A DNA stretch of 64,000 bases from Geosiphon pyriformis uo1 (Eukaryota > Fungi > Glomeromycota): contig JAAOMT010000718.1 in assembly GCA_016748015.1 (NCBI GenBank), positions 372,001 to 436,000 of the forward strand, written 5' to 3'. The notes under the pieces are model-generated. The model saw only the letters and a program-made list of their open reading frames with translations, ran no database searches and was not told the origin of the DNA. A program made the position numbers and the translations under genes. Each line of letters starts with the position of its first letter. The stretch's first letter is position 1. Below are positions 27,512 to 41,319 of this stretch, piece after piece.

Positions 27512-28094
27512 TGAGCTTTAGTACAAAGACCGAGTGGTTGTAATAACAATATTGTGGTGCCAATTTGTTTTAATTAAGTCCGACATCAATATCTATTTAT
27601 TTAATTTTGTGTAAAATAGGCTTTTTGATTTACTTAATTCTATATTGTTCTATTATTTCTATATCCCAGTCCTCTTATAATCTGTATAGTCATCCCGGAT
27701 CGCAACTCCCAGTTGTGAATGAATTTTTTAAGTAGAATATGCAAGTTATTATCATTTTTAGCGTTTCTCGTTATCGCTTTTCTGAATGCTGATGAACAAA
27801 TGATAAAGTTATTTCAGGGTAATAGGGAATTTGTTGTGAAAATGGAAGAAAACCACTATATGAAAAGTACTCACCAAGTACTATTCAAGATTTATCGTGA
27901 TTTGAAAGTTGATATGTTCTTTGATTTATTTTATGTAAAATTTTTGAGTTTTGAGTAAAGGCTCAGTATCTTTTCGTTATTCTAATTTCTATCCTCTTTA
28001 CCAAAATGGCATTATCCAAATTCAGCCAATATCAAAATGAGAATTTCAAATATACTTGATACTTTATCTTCCAATTGACTCGATATTCTTTAAA

Positions 28095-28578
28095 TCATGG
28101 TGTTTTTGTTTGCTTCTGCTGTTTTGAGTTTTCTGTAAGCGTGATTCCGGGTGGTAGAGGAAACCCCATATTAGAACTGTAATCGAACATTGACGATGGT
28201 TGTAGATCCCTTGTAATGATAAATAATAGGGTCAAAAAGAGGAAAAGCAAAATTCATAATTATAAAAGGTAATTGGTAGAATACTAGTAGTGAGAATTTG
28301 AAACTTACTCTGAATAAACTATGTCTTCATAAACAGGTGTTACTTCTATTGTTGGTTTTCCTTCGCATCTTTTTTTTTATAAAAATCCCAATAAAAAATG
28401 CATTCATAAACCATATTTGAATTATTCTTTTGGAATCCTACTTTTTAAATAATCTCGTAAACGGAACACACACAACCCTGTTGGGTTCTAATAATTGACA
28501 TTGATATTGCACGATTTCAGCGTATTGGCATTTTAGAGGTAAATTTGTAGAGTCTTGGGTGGGTTTTTTGGGAGACAT
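28095..28578 (-). CDS. SOM1: Som1-like mitochondrial inner membrane peptidase subunit, 3 exons (absent from ORF track)
   Basis: Manual splicing gives MSPKKP...KCQYAEIVQYQCQLLEPNRVVCVPFTRLFKKCEGKPTIEVT. This matches the Som1 pattern C-x5-QYxC...CxPFxRLFxxC...EVT. Confidence 0.75.
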
Positions 28579-28851
28579 TCAGTGAGAGGGAATTAGAGTA
28601 GGGGAAGTGAAGCTTTAAAAATCAAGGTCAACTAGATTAAGTTCTCGGAAGATAGATCCTCATTTACTATATATCCGATCAAAAAAAATACCAGTTGCAA
28701 GCGATTGGATGTAATTAGTTTACTTTTATGTGGATTGTATTTCAGGCTTTAATCTTCATCGTGTTACCATATTGAGCGTCCAAATACTCAACTTACACTA
28801 CAAAAAATCTGTTCTGCTCATTCTATCCCAGATCTATCATCTATCAAACTA

Positions 28852-31140
28852 TTAAACCTGAATTTCTAATGCTTTCCTGGCCATTTCCAGTGCTCCTTCT
28901 CGTGTACTGTTTCCCCCGATAAACCTATATTCAAAATAGATTGATTAAATTAAAATTCGACAAATTAAACTTTTCAGGAAACCTCTTTTTTTTTTGAGAT
29001 ACCTACCTACCGATATGAACAAACACACATTGCTGCCAAAATTGAATAAAGATATTAATAAACGCTCCATAAAAAGCCCAATTAATCGAAAGACTAACCT
29101 CAATCCCAGTTCGTTCTGATAACTCAGCATCTCTGAATCCTTTCCATCTATAGTTCCCACAAGATGAATAATTATTAGCTAAAACTTGACAAAAAAAAAA
29201 AGAATTACGTCGAATTCAAAATACTAACGCTTCGGGTAACAGCTTCCGTGCATCGAACGAATTTAAAGTGATAGGAACACATTGAACTCGCCATTCGTTT
29301 CTATCTGGGTACACTGTGTAGAGTATATTAGCTTCCGGATTTATTTTTAGTTCTTCCTCTCTGTTAAATAAATGTTCCTGTTTGAATTGATTACAAGGAA
29401 TTAAAAAAAATCGATAGATGATTCAGCAAGACATCATCCTTTTGTAAAAATATACCTTCCAAGGACACGCCTGATCTAACAAAATTATCCGTCCACTTTT
29501 ATCCACATCATATCTCTCTTGGAATGCCTTCACGACCAAATCTCTCGCAGGCAACCATGCATGTCCAAGGTAATCTATTTTATCTAGTAACTCCCCACCT
29601 GTTAATTCTACAGCTTTACTAAATTGGGCCTAAAAGAGAAAAAACAATTGAGGATGATTATTTAAAGTATAGGTGTAAAATAAGATAGATGAAACCATTT
29701 TTGTTGATAAGAAGGATAACCTACATCCTCGTCGACATCCTTCTGATTCCACCATGAATTGAGACCACGTACTCGATGTGATAGGTTAGTGGTATCATTG
29801 TATTTTCTACTAATTTCTGGTGGATATTGACTTATTCCATTATCGATTGCTAAACAGGAAATTAAAGCGAGAAGAGTGTTACCAATTGTGTTCTCTTAAA
29901 GTGTCAACCCAGTTTAAAAGATTTCATGCCTACCATCCAATGCCTCTATGAAATCCTAAAATAAATAATCAATATCATGTTTGAGCAATAAAAACGTCGA
30001 TCGTGAAATAATTTTACCTCATATATTTTTTTAAATAAAGTTTCCAGTTTCGGATCTGTCTGGATGATCCCTAACCGACTGGAAATTATTTCTTTTCCAA
30101 AATGTCTAGCATTTCAATTAAACTGTGAACTTTGAAATCTCAAAGAAACATTTCCATCTTTAAAATCATCGAGATTTATCGAAACCAAGAACTCATACTT
30201 GTACACCAATCCAGCACTGCTTAATTTCGTCTGGTAATCAGGTGTAAACGTTTCAAAAAATCCTCGCTGATCAAGAAATGAAAATATTTCACCAAAAACG
30301 TTTCATTAAATGTTAAACAAAGAAATCGGGTCTAGCCTGATTACCTGATGATGATCGAACCGATTTTCGGCCGGGTCATATACTCCTCCCACATCCACGA
30401 CCACATCACAGCCTTTTAATTTTTCGGGATCTCGAGTTCGGATTAGTTCTGTATAATTTTTAAAATTAAAAAATCAATACTTTCTCTTTTAAACAAGATA
30501 ATGAAGTAATGGAAAAAATCATGAAAAAATGAATTGAAATGCCAATCACAAATAAGGGACATAATGCGAGGGTTCGCAAAGGCAAAACGTACGTGATCCA
30601 CGAAATGCCTCTGTCTGTCGAAGCATGAAAACTGCTAAAGATTCATCGCTGTAATCGAGAAAATTCAGTAAGATAATAGCATTGCAAAGTCAATGAGAAG
30701 AAATCAAGAAAATAAACTGGATATTACCAATGAAATTGTCCATTATGTGTTCCGATAAGCTATTCAATTCCAAAAAGACAATATAAATCAAATATGGTTA
30801 CAATAGACACATAGATAGAAAATTACAAAGCTTCTCGTTCTCTTATACCCTCTATCAGAAGTTGCCTATATTTGCACAACCATTTTTCTGCAAAAAATAT
30901 ATCTTTTAATTATTTCCATATTGGTATTTTTTCTATCAAATATTTTCTAACAACCATCTTGATATTGACCCACACTAAAGTTTGAAATCCAGCATATATG
31001 TTGTCAGTATTGTTTTTTACCTTTGCCATATTAGACACTAATCTTATGTGACTTTGACTTGAAATTTGACTTTTGGTTAATCTAGCATTAAAATTCCTAG
31101 AAATTGATTTGTGGATTAAGATGCGGACAGAAAGAAACAT
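28852..31140 (-). CDS. MYG1: Myg1 (UPF0160) exonuclease, many short exons
   Basis: [69 protein letters not shown]. Confidence 0.93.
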
Positions 31141-31666
31141 AATTGGTAATGTGGGATCATCTGATGCGCACTTTAAAATCCCCAAGGTAAAAAATAGCTG
31201 GGAAAAAAAAATGAAATGCAAGAAAAAAATTTTCAACAACAATGTTACCCAATTTTTTTTAAGATAAATATAATTTTTATTTATCTATACATAATACATG
31301 TGACCAGCCACCCAATTTAATTTTCAAAATTAATAAAATTATGTGAAATTTTAATATTAAATTTAAATTTATTTTATTTAAGAATTTTATTTTAAAATAA
31401 CAATTAAAATCCAACAATTAAAAAAAGAAATTAATTATATTCAAAATTTTTGATTTTAGAAAATAAATTTATCCCCAAGAATTTCAATCTCGGATTGGTA
31501 ATTAAATGGAAATTGGTTTTTACATTAAAACTTCTCAAATCAGTAAGTTTTATGCTGAGTCTGAAATATTATTCAAGTACGTAATTGAAAAATGTACAAA
31601 AAATAAAATATTTTCAAGAATTTCATCAATTGTCTTGTAAACACCAACATAAGAGAATTTATATTT

Positions 31667-32914
31667 TCAATTTATATTTTCCGCCCCGCCATCCGGGGGC
31701 AGGCTAGTCTGTTGTGTGACTGCCTGATCAATATTCCATTCATCAACTCCCGTGCCATCCTCCCCTATCAAATGCTTAAATTTTGCACGCTCTTCATTAA
31801 TCTTCTCCCACTTTTTAACCATTTCCAACCCAAATCCAACATTATGACCGGTACCCGCATCCTTACCCTCCCATACATCCATAATTCTAGCCTGACGCTC
31901 TTCTAACTCCCTCTTTCCGATAACTCCACCCCCCTCTTGCAAATCCGCCTGCCAATCTTGTAACGTCGTCCATACTGGCCTTTTTAGAATTCCAGGTGAG
32001 AAAACATGATTAACCACTGTATCTAAATTCTTTAGGGTTACACAATGTGTGGCTGAATGATAGAGTTCAAGTATGTGTTGGAGACGTTCGTCACGTAGTT
32101 TTGATTGATAGTTGTGTAAATTCTCGAGACCTTGTGATCGTTTTCTATCGCGATAGGCATCAAAGTCAAATTTATGGGCACTGGAAAGGGAGAGAAGGGA
32201 ATGGGTTTTATCAAGAAGATGAAGTTCCGCTTCTCTTTTTGAACTTGGTGTCTCAATTATGCTGTCGCGATTTTTAAAACTACTTTCAAAATCATTGTTT
32301 CTCCTGACATAATTATTAATATTTGTGTGATATCTATCATTATTTTTATAATAAATATCAGGTTGCTTAATATCTATTTTATGTTTTTGTCGATAGGGAC
32401 CCCATAAACCGCGGCCTTTTGTCATATCACGACCTTGCTTTTTTAGTTCGGACCGTTTCGGAACCGTTGCAAACTCTAATGCATACTGAGATCGCAACCG
32501 ACTCATTTCGTGTTTGAATACTGCTCTCTCATTTTTTTTTTGTGTTTCTGTAAGGATAGCATTCCGTTTCGGTAGTAGCTCTACCGTATTTCTCAAAAGG
32601 ATCTCACTTTTTGATGAGATTGGGTTACTAGTTATAGTAGCAGGTCTTTGGAGCGCATGTGAAGATGGCTTTTCGGTGGTAGCAGGTCTTTGGAGCGCAT
32701 GTGAAGATGGCTTTTCGGTGGTAGCAGGTCTTTGGAGCGCATTTGAAGATGGCTTTTCGGTGGTGGTGGTGGTAGCGGTTTTAGAAAATTTTGATTGTTC
32801 TTTAATACTTCTGCTTCTGGTAACGCTTCTTTTTATCCTCTTTTTCTTCGGTCCTTGTCTTCTTGGCCTCACTGGAGGTATATAACCCTCTAGGATTCTT
32901 GCGGTTCTTATCAT
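31667..32914 (-). CDS. Basic protein, possibly mitoribosomal mS26/Pet12-like
   Basis: Long ORF from ATG 32914. FKHEMSRLRSQY and ILELYHSATHCVTLKNLDTVVNHVF resemble fungal mS26 motifs from recall; not verified. Confidence 0.45.
   Translation of the reverse strand: MIRTARILEGYIPPVRPRRQGPKKKRIKRSVTRSRSIKEQSKFSKTATTTTTEKPSSNALQRPATTEKPSSHALQRPATTEKPSSHALQRPATITSNPISSKSEILLRNTVELLPKRNAILTETQKKNERAVFKHEMSRLRSQYALEFATVPKRSELKKQGRDMTKGRGLWGPYRQKHKIDIKQPDIYYKNNDRYHTNINNYVRRNNDFESSFKNRDSIIETPSSKREAELHLLDKTHSLLSLSSAHKFDFDAYRDRKRSQGLENLHNYQSKLRDERLQHILELYHSATHCVTLKNLDTVVNHVFSPGILKRPVWTTLQDWQADLQEGGGVIGKRELEERQARIMDVWEGKDAGTGHNVGFGLEMVKKWEKINEERAKFKHLIGEDGTGVDEWNIDQAVTQQTSLPPDGGAENIN
32637..32762 (-). repeat. 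42-bp coding tandem repeat x3 (TTEKPSSHALQRPA)
   Basis: Near-perfect triplication visible in both DNA and protein. Confidence 0.92.
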
Positions 32915-34269
32915 TGAAGAATCGTTTTTAAAATCTTGCAAAAGCAAAAAGAAAATGATAATTATATTTATGCTAAAGTTATAAATATTTAATTTATTAA
33001 TTAAAAAAAATAATTCATATGTATATGAATTATTTAAAATATTATAAATTTAATTATATTTTTTAATTAACTTGATTTTTGGTAAACTTTTAATTTTTTA
33101 ATACTCAATCATTAATTTTAAAAAAAATTACATAATAAAAATATTTTTGAAATTAATTGTTTTTTAAATACTTGCAATTACCAATTATTATTATATATAT
33201 TTTTATTTAGTAAAATCTAAAAACTTTTTCTTTCATTAATTTTCAAACCATAAAAAAAACTAAAAAAGCCAAAAAAATATCTTACTACTTTTTTTTTATC
33301 TTAAACTATTTTTTTTAATATATTTTTTGTAAAACTGATTATAATAAGCACTTTTGTTTTAAATATAACCAAAAGAAAAAATAGAAAAAAAACTCACTTT
33401 GGTGTTAAAAAAAACATAATTTTAATAAAATAAACAAAAATACCAAAAAATTTAATATTAATATAAATTTGGTTTTAAAACAGTAAAATAAACAGCTTTA
33501 TAATAATATTAATAAAAAATTAAATATTAAAAACATAAAAAAATATTATATTAAAAAAACAGAATAACTAATAAATTTTGTTTTTTAACATATAAATTTT
33601 AGTAATTATTTTTTAAATTGGCCAAAATTTTTTTTATTAAAATTATATTTTATTATAATATGTTTATATTGTTTATAAATAATACAAAAAAACAAATTAA
33701 CTTAATTCAACACAAATTTATTTTTTTAAAACCAAAAATTATAATAAATACAAATTTTTGTAATTTTTTAATTTTAAAATAAACAATTATGTATTTAATA
33801 TAATTATATAAAACAGAATTTTAATTAAAAATTATACAAGTTTTTTATTATACAATACCAAAAAAATAAATGAATTATAAACAATTATATTTATTAAGAA
33901 TATATAAAAAAACATATAATATTAATTTTTTAATATTTATATATGTTTATTAATATTAATTTTTATTATATATATTGATTTTTTTTAATTAAAACAGATT
34001 ATAGTTAAATCTAAGATAACTTATACTAAAATAACCTATAATTTGTAATAAGTTATTGCATTTTGAATTTACCAATTTGGTAATTAAAAAATTTTTATGT
34101 TTATAAATCATATCTGTAATACTTAATAAACTATAACTTTTTACTGTTAATATGAGTTATTTTAAATGCTAGATTTAGTTTAAATTTTGCTAATTCTAAT
34201 AAAACAAACCAATATTTCTATAACTAAAAATACTATATAATAATATAATATTACTTATTTAACAAAATG

Positions 34270-34870
34270 ATCATTAATTATATAAATAATCAAATCAAAA
34301 TTTTAAATTGTTCCAAGTTTTAAATTATCATTAATTGTGTGAATAATCAAATCAAAATTTTAAATTGTCCTAAGTTTTAAATTATTACTAATTTTGTAAG
34401 TAATTAAGTTATAGTTTTAAATTGTCCCAAGTTTTAAATTATTATTAATTATATAAGTAATCAAATCAGAATTTTAAATTGTTTCAAGTTCTAAATTATT
34501 ATTAATTATATGAATAATTAAGTCAAAGTTTTAAATTGTTTTAAGTTTTAAATTATTACTAATTTTGTAAATAATTAAGTCAGAGTTTTAAATTGTCCCA
34601 AGTTTTAAATTATTACTAATCTTATGAGTAATTAAGTTAAAGTTTCAAATTGTTTCAAGTTTTAAATTATTATTAATTGTATAAGTAATCAAGTCAAAGT
34701 TTTGAATTGTTCTAAATTTTAAATTATTATCAATTATATAAGTAATTAAGTTGGAGTTTCAAATTGTTCTAAGTTCTAAATTATTATCAATCATATGAGT
34801 AATTAAGTTAAAGTTTTGAATTGTTCCAAGTTTTAAATTATTATCAATTATGTAAGTAATTAAGTCGAAT
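34270..34870. repeat. Degenerate 57-bp minisatellite, about 10 copies
   Basis: CAAATCAAAA at 34291 and 34348 gives period 57. Unit approximates AAGTCAAAGTTTTRAATTGTYCCAAGTTTTAAATTATTAYYAATTATRTAAGTAATT. Confidence 0.9.
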
Positions 34871-34989
34871 TTTTGGATTAGTTTTATCTGATCAGAGTTT
34901 TAATTGTACTTTTTTTTTGTTTTTTAATTCTATTATATCTAATAATAAAAAGCATGCTATTTTTTTAGCTTGTGTTCCACAAAGTCATA

Positions 34990-36233
34990 AAAATACTACA
35001 TTTTATAATAAGCTTATGGTGCTTAATTAATATTATGTAAATGATAAAAACAAATCAAAAACTACAAAACATTTTAAGAAAAACAGTTTTTTATACATAA
35101 AACAGTTTTTAGTTTTAGCTTAAGTCAAAGATGAACCAAATTTTTGTCTATAAGCAAATATAATACATAATTTAATTAGCAAGTATATATACATAGTATG
35201 TAATCTTAACTTTAATAAAGCACTTGTTATTTTTTGTTTAAAAGACAGAATTACATGAAATGATACTTATTAGAAATATAATTTGAGCTGTTGGCATAAA
35301 GTTCTATAATTAATTGAATATTTCAGAAGATAAGTACCAAAAACTATCTAATAGCTGATTTAAAAGCTTTAAAAACCATGTTAAATTACATTTATTTTAT
35401 TTTTATGATAATATATTATTAGCCAATATTGAATATATTAAAAATAAATAAATACATATAATAATATTTCTTGTTAATTGAAAATTATATAATATTTTTA
35501 ACATGGATAAAACTGCACCATTTTATGTTATATTACCAAATTAAGATTTTGCTATAATATTATATTATAATATCAAACAATCAAAAGTGCAATTAATACT
35601 TGTTTTTACAATTAATGTTGATAAAACTGAGTATTTATTATTATTTATTATTGGTTATACTAAACATCTATGCTGTTTTTAAAAGAAAACAAAAAAGCAA
35701 CTTGGTTTTCAGTATTATTTAAACACTTATGTTTAGATAATTGATAATATTTTTCAATAATAGCTTGTTGATTGGGACTATTAACTACATAAAAAAAACC
35801 AAAACATATTGTTATTAGTAAACAAATTTGCTAATTATAATTATAATATAAAATCTATTACAAATATTTATGTAAAACAATTTGCATCTAACTTAACAGC
35901 ACATATTTAGTTTATGAATATTAAAATTATTTATTGTTTTAAGGCATATTATTATTGCTATTTTTTTTATTATATATTGAATTTTTTTGATAATAATATT
36001 AATAATATTTATGTAATTAACCAACTTTAAGCAATATGTCTAAACATAGAATATAAAAAAATGTTTTAAATAAAATAATTACTTATTGTTGACACAAAAT
36101 TGGCATTTTTCTAATTAATACAAATAACAATTTTTAAAATAAAACTGCAAATTTGGAAATAATAACTAATTATAATCAAAAAATAGTATTAGAAAAGATT
36201 AAAAATTACTATAAAAAGTTCAATTATATACAA
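34990..36233 (+). pseudogene. Heavily mutated pogo/Tigger (CENP-B HTH + DDE_1) transposase relic, interrupted by element A; probably resumes after 62117
   Basis: KLSNS*FKSFKNH (~FSNGWLxxFKxRH), NIFNMDKTAPFY (~FNMDETGLFY), SKVQLILVFTINVD, KQLGFQYY, NILLLVNKF (~LLLVDN), FASNLTAHI*FMNIKIIYCFKAYY (~PNxTxxLQPMDxGIIxxFKxxY), ITYC*HKIGIF. Confidence 0.8.
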
Positions 36234-39200
36234 TATTATAGTTCAAGAATTTAATAGGAATTATAAATAATATAAATTAGCCAATCATAAAATAACACAG
36301 CAACAATTTATAAAAAAAAATGATTTACAAATAACAACAAGCATATTGTACAAAAGCAGCAAGCACTATTTCACAATAGCAGCAAGTACTATTTAGAAAT
36401 AATAGAAATAGAGTATTACAAGACGTTATTTTGTAAAACAATAATTATATATATATACAATAGTTTTTAATGATGAAGAAAAAACAGCTTCAACTAAAAA
36501 CAACAAATATCTAAATAAAATCTTATTCAAAAATAATTAATAAAAAAAAATAATAAATTGAATAAACATCACAATTACAAGATTAACAATAGAATTTACA
36601 TATCCTTTCTAGCAAATGAAACTATCATTCCATCTTTGAACCTTTTGGAAGAATAATTCCTGATCAAGATTATTCATGTAATTACTAATTAAATTAAAAA
36701 AGCTTTATTATATACTTAGGAAAATCACGAAAAAGCCATTAACATTCTATGTTTTTAGATTAAAAAAACACATTAAGCAATTGCAAGAATAGCCTCAGAG
36801 AAGACCCCAAACAGTGGATAGATTTCAGATTAGCCTCTGGGAAGGAGTATACAATATACAAAGACAACTAGAATTAAAGAAAAGACTTATATCACAATAT
36901 CAAGAAAAAACCTTCAGTACATTATTATTAATATCCAACACATAAAATTGAGAAACTCACAAGAGACTGATTGTGATTAAAACAGAAGATCAACAATTAA
37001 AATATACTAAGAAAACACTCCCATAACATTTGGTAAACCCTACAAGGAAAAAAAATCAAAAAAAAATAATAATTAGCAATAATTCATTGCTAAAAAAGAA
37101 GAAACAAAAGTGGCAACAAAAACTCCTAATCTCACTGTTGTTGAATTCTGCCATGCCCTTTATTTACAACATTAAAGTAATTTTGGATTACCAGAAAAGT
37201 GTTGTTCAGCTGAAAATGCCCTCACTTATTACATTAACATTAGAATAAATTATCATATAAAAAGAGAAAAAGAACCAAATGATGCAAAACATCAATTATA
37301 TAGGGAATTATCTCAATTTACTACAAAAGAAACAACAGCATTAGCTGTGACTATTGTTCAAATTCATTGTAAAATTGAGCAATACGTCAATGAAAATTAC
37401 CCAATATCCACAAAAAACACTAGAGAATGCGTCCATAATTCAGAAATTAATCACGAAAAAAATCAGTAAAAATTAAGAACACTCATTCAAATGCTTAAGA
37501 AAAACGATGTGCAATTAGTAAAGAAACAATGCCTTCATTCGCCAGAAGAAAGATCTTACTATTTTTCCCCAGATAATAAAATCCAACTTCTATTAGGAGC
37601 TGTATTATCATTTACATCAATCCCAGAAATGCTGAAAACTCCTAATTACACTGAGAAGCTTAAACAACACAATTGGGGAGATATACCAATTACAGAAGGA
37701 TATTTATTGCTATTCTAAAAACTCTTTTTTCAACCAAAATTTGGAGCGGAGTTTGAAAACCATGAAGAGGAGTCTGAATCAGAATCCGAAGAAACCAGTG
37801 AAAAAACAAGCATAAGACCAGTCACTAAAACAAGCAGCCAGTTTAGAAACCAAGAAACTCATGATCAAGAAGAAGAAGTAATACATACCAACCATCTTAG
37901 AGATACAACTAGGAATTCAGCAGCAGCCAAAATAATCACTTGTCGCACCAGAACTTCAGAACAGAAACACATGCCTGCTATTTTTACAAATGTGTAGAAC
38001 ATTTGATTAGTCAATGTCAAATGCAAATAATGCATGAAAGACATGAGAATAATTATTACGTGCCACTCCAAATGCCCAGGAATTAATACACACCAATACC
38101 ATGTTAATATCCCACCATGTACCAAAATCAAGAAACTTATCAGCAACAGCCCAGAATAGCCAACCAAAATTGGCATTTTGAGTCCTGAAATTAGCCCATG
38201 TGGAATCAAAATGCGTTGGTTTATAAAAACCCAAACTGCATAGGACCTAATCAGCAAACAAATACAAACTACCCAAACTACCCAAATTTCTAGCCAATTC
38301 ACCTTAATATATCGGAAAACTTAAATCTCAGAAATATTAATGGTAATGTATCTGGAACCAAAAATATTACCAATGCTGACTGCTTGTTGCGAATGAGACA
38401 CACATAAAAAAAACAACAACCAATTCATAAACAATGGACAATTACCTTTACAAAAATCTTGGCCAATACTTAAAAACACTACAGCTAGATGAAGACACAC
38501 CAATAAAAGAACTAATTAAGTTCCAGAAATTATCAAAACATTATTTTATTCAAAACCACATACTTTATTACCAGAATTAACAAAATTCAGATAATTCATT
38601 GAAAGTTATAACCGAAAATAAAAAAAAAACTATCTTATTTAACATGCACTCAGATATCTATTCAGGCCACTTTGGAAAAGAAGCAACTATTCAATGTACA
38701 ACTAGTCATTATTATTGGCCAAAAATGCACTCAGATATTATCTAATACATAAAAAATTGTGACTCATGCCAATAAAAAGAAGGAACAAAAACAACAGAAC
38801 CACTAAAACCCATAAAAGTTGGACAACTATTTGATAAAATTGGAATTGATTTAATTGGACCATTACCAATAACAGCAAAAAACAATTATTATATTGCAGT
38901 AGCAGTAGATTATCTCACTAAATAGCCAAAAGCCAGAGCTATTCAAACAGCTAATGCTATATCCATAGCCTACTTTGTACATAAAGATTTAATTTGCTGC
39001 CATGGATGTTCACAAGAATTGCTGTCAGACCAAGGAACATATTTCATAAACAGTACACTAAATAAGCTTAGCCAAAGATTTAAAATTAAATAACCATTAT
39101 TATTACTATACCACTCCCAAACAAATGGATTAGTTGAATGATTTAACCATACACTATGTGAAGCATTAGCCAAAATCAGCAATGAACATAAAAAAGAATG

Positions 39201-39856
39201 GAATTTGTTCATACCATCAGTTTTATTAGCATATAGGACATTAAAACAAGATATTATAAAATTCACACCATTTGAATTGGTTTATGAAAGGAAAACCATA
39301 TTACTAATTGAACTTATTATTCTAACTTATCCAAATGAAATTATTACAGAAACAACATTCCACAAAACAATACTTAGAAGAACATATGAGTTAATGGAAA
39401 TTTTGGAGAACAAAAAAAGAAAAACAGCTCAAAATATTAAACAATCACAAGCACAACAAAAAGTGAGACATGATAACCAGTTATCAGATAATATAATTAG
39501 CTATAAAATAGGAAACAAAGTATTGTTGCATTGCACCAAAGCAGAAAAGCAATAGAATGGAAAGTTTGACCACAAGTGGGATAAACTATTCTATATTCAT
39601 GAAATACTTGGCAATGGAGCATACAAGTTAAGACTAGATGAGAAAATTTTAAGAAAAGCAGCACATGACAACCAGCTGAAATTATATTACAACAAACCAG
39701 TAATAATAATACAAACACTTAAAATTGGAACACAAATACTACTAGTATCATCAGATCAGATTCTGCAAAATTTAAAACCAGTAGTTTTAATTGAACATTA
39801 TATAAAAAGATAATTAATCTTAAATTACACCAAGAAACAGTTAACAAAGCATAAAA

Positions 39857-40450
39857 ATGTATGCAAAAGAGCCCAAAAAGCAGTCAGAAATTAAAACAAT
39901 GACATATATTTCAGAAAACATTAGTAAGTTAACCCAACAACTATGTCAAAACTTACAACAATCAAATTCAGATTTGAAAATTACAATCAATAGTTCCGAG
40001 ATATCATATAAAAGAAAAATTATACCAAATTCTATGATAAATGAGAAATCTAGTTTTGCACCATATATTATTATTGCCAAAAACAGTAATAGCTTTATCA
40101 ACAAAACCATTAAAAATTTAGAAATAGCATTAAACAATACATTGATAACAAAAGAAATAAACATAGTAGAATTAACACCAAGTATATTTAAACAGCTGAA
40201 GGAAAAATTCCCCATTAATTATTGTTATTACCAATTGGAAAAACAATTAAATATACAAACATTATACTCAAAAAATTCAGTTAAAGTATTCAGCAAAACA
40301 ATAATACAACAATTGGAAAGTTTTATTGGAAAAACCAACAATATACTTTATATAAAAGCTGTTCACAGAATTTTTAAGACTTTCGAAAACTGTCACAAAG
40401 TACTATTGGATCCAACTATGAATATTATAACAATTAATAGTATTGAATGA
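39857..40450 (+). pseudogene. ORF3 of element A (post-integrase accessory ORF); continues at 61162-61284
   Basis: 197-aa ORF cut exactly at the element C insertion site; homologous to ORF3 of B and C. Confidence 0.75.
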
Positions 40451-41319
40451 TGTTACAGATGATTATTTGGAGTCTCAAATCAAATAACAAATCTGTAACT
40501 TGGTGCTCAATATCTTGACAATACTGGTGTTATCAGTACATTGGTTGTATCTGAAGGTTTTAGCATTGAGTTTTTTGTATACTGAACAAAGATTCAATGA
40601 CAATGTAGTTGGTTGGTAAGTTGTGTTCCCAATTTTTGTCTTCAGCTTAGTGGCCGGTTTATTCTGACATTCATGCTCTTCTGGTAAGCTATCTGTTAAT
40701 ATATATATAATTTTACTCTTATTTCTGGGTTTTTTACCAGGCTATCTGTAATGTTAATTACTCAGTGCTTTAATCCTTAATCGGTTAATATACAACAATA
40801 AAATCAAGAAAAGAAATAAAAAAAAAATAAAAAAATAAGCCAAGACAATACACAAGTTAGTATTTATCAATAGCCATGATCAAGAGCTATTGTTCCAGTG
40901 TGGTTAAGTATTGATTACTATCAACATAAAGTGTTGATAATGAAGAGTGGATTTGGATGGTGAATGATTTATTTATTTGATATTTTTGGATGAAAAATTT
41001 CTAACTAAAAAATTCTGCTCTTTCTACTTCTAATATTACCACTATATATACATAATTGATGTTCTATAAGATTGCTCACATTCCCAAGCAATGTGCTATG
41101 ATTTCTTGAGCAATGCTCACATTGCTGAACAATGTGCCCTAATTTTCTAATATCACTTCATATTGCTGACATTGCTCCATATTGCTGAGCAATGTGCCAT
41201 GATTTCTAATATTGTTTTACATTGCTGAGCAATGTGCTTACATGCTAAATATTATTTTCTTATTGGTCTGCTATTTTCTATATCTGTTTTCTTTTTATAA
41301 GTAACATTATCTTTTCTTA

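Noticed and set aside
27719-27958. Short ORFs in AT-rich intergenic DNA (also 2974, 18678, 19670, 62619)
   Set aside because: Low-complexity I/F/K/N translations with no motifs, consistent with chance ORFs.
34270-34870. CRISPR-like periodic array
   Set aside because: The whole 57-bp unit repeats with no unique spacers, there are no cas genes, and the context is eukaryotic.
39857-40450. ORF3 as an envelope gene
   Set aside because: No signal peptide, TM anchor or obvious cleavage/fusion motif, and it is too short.
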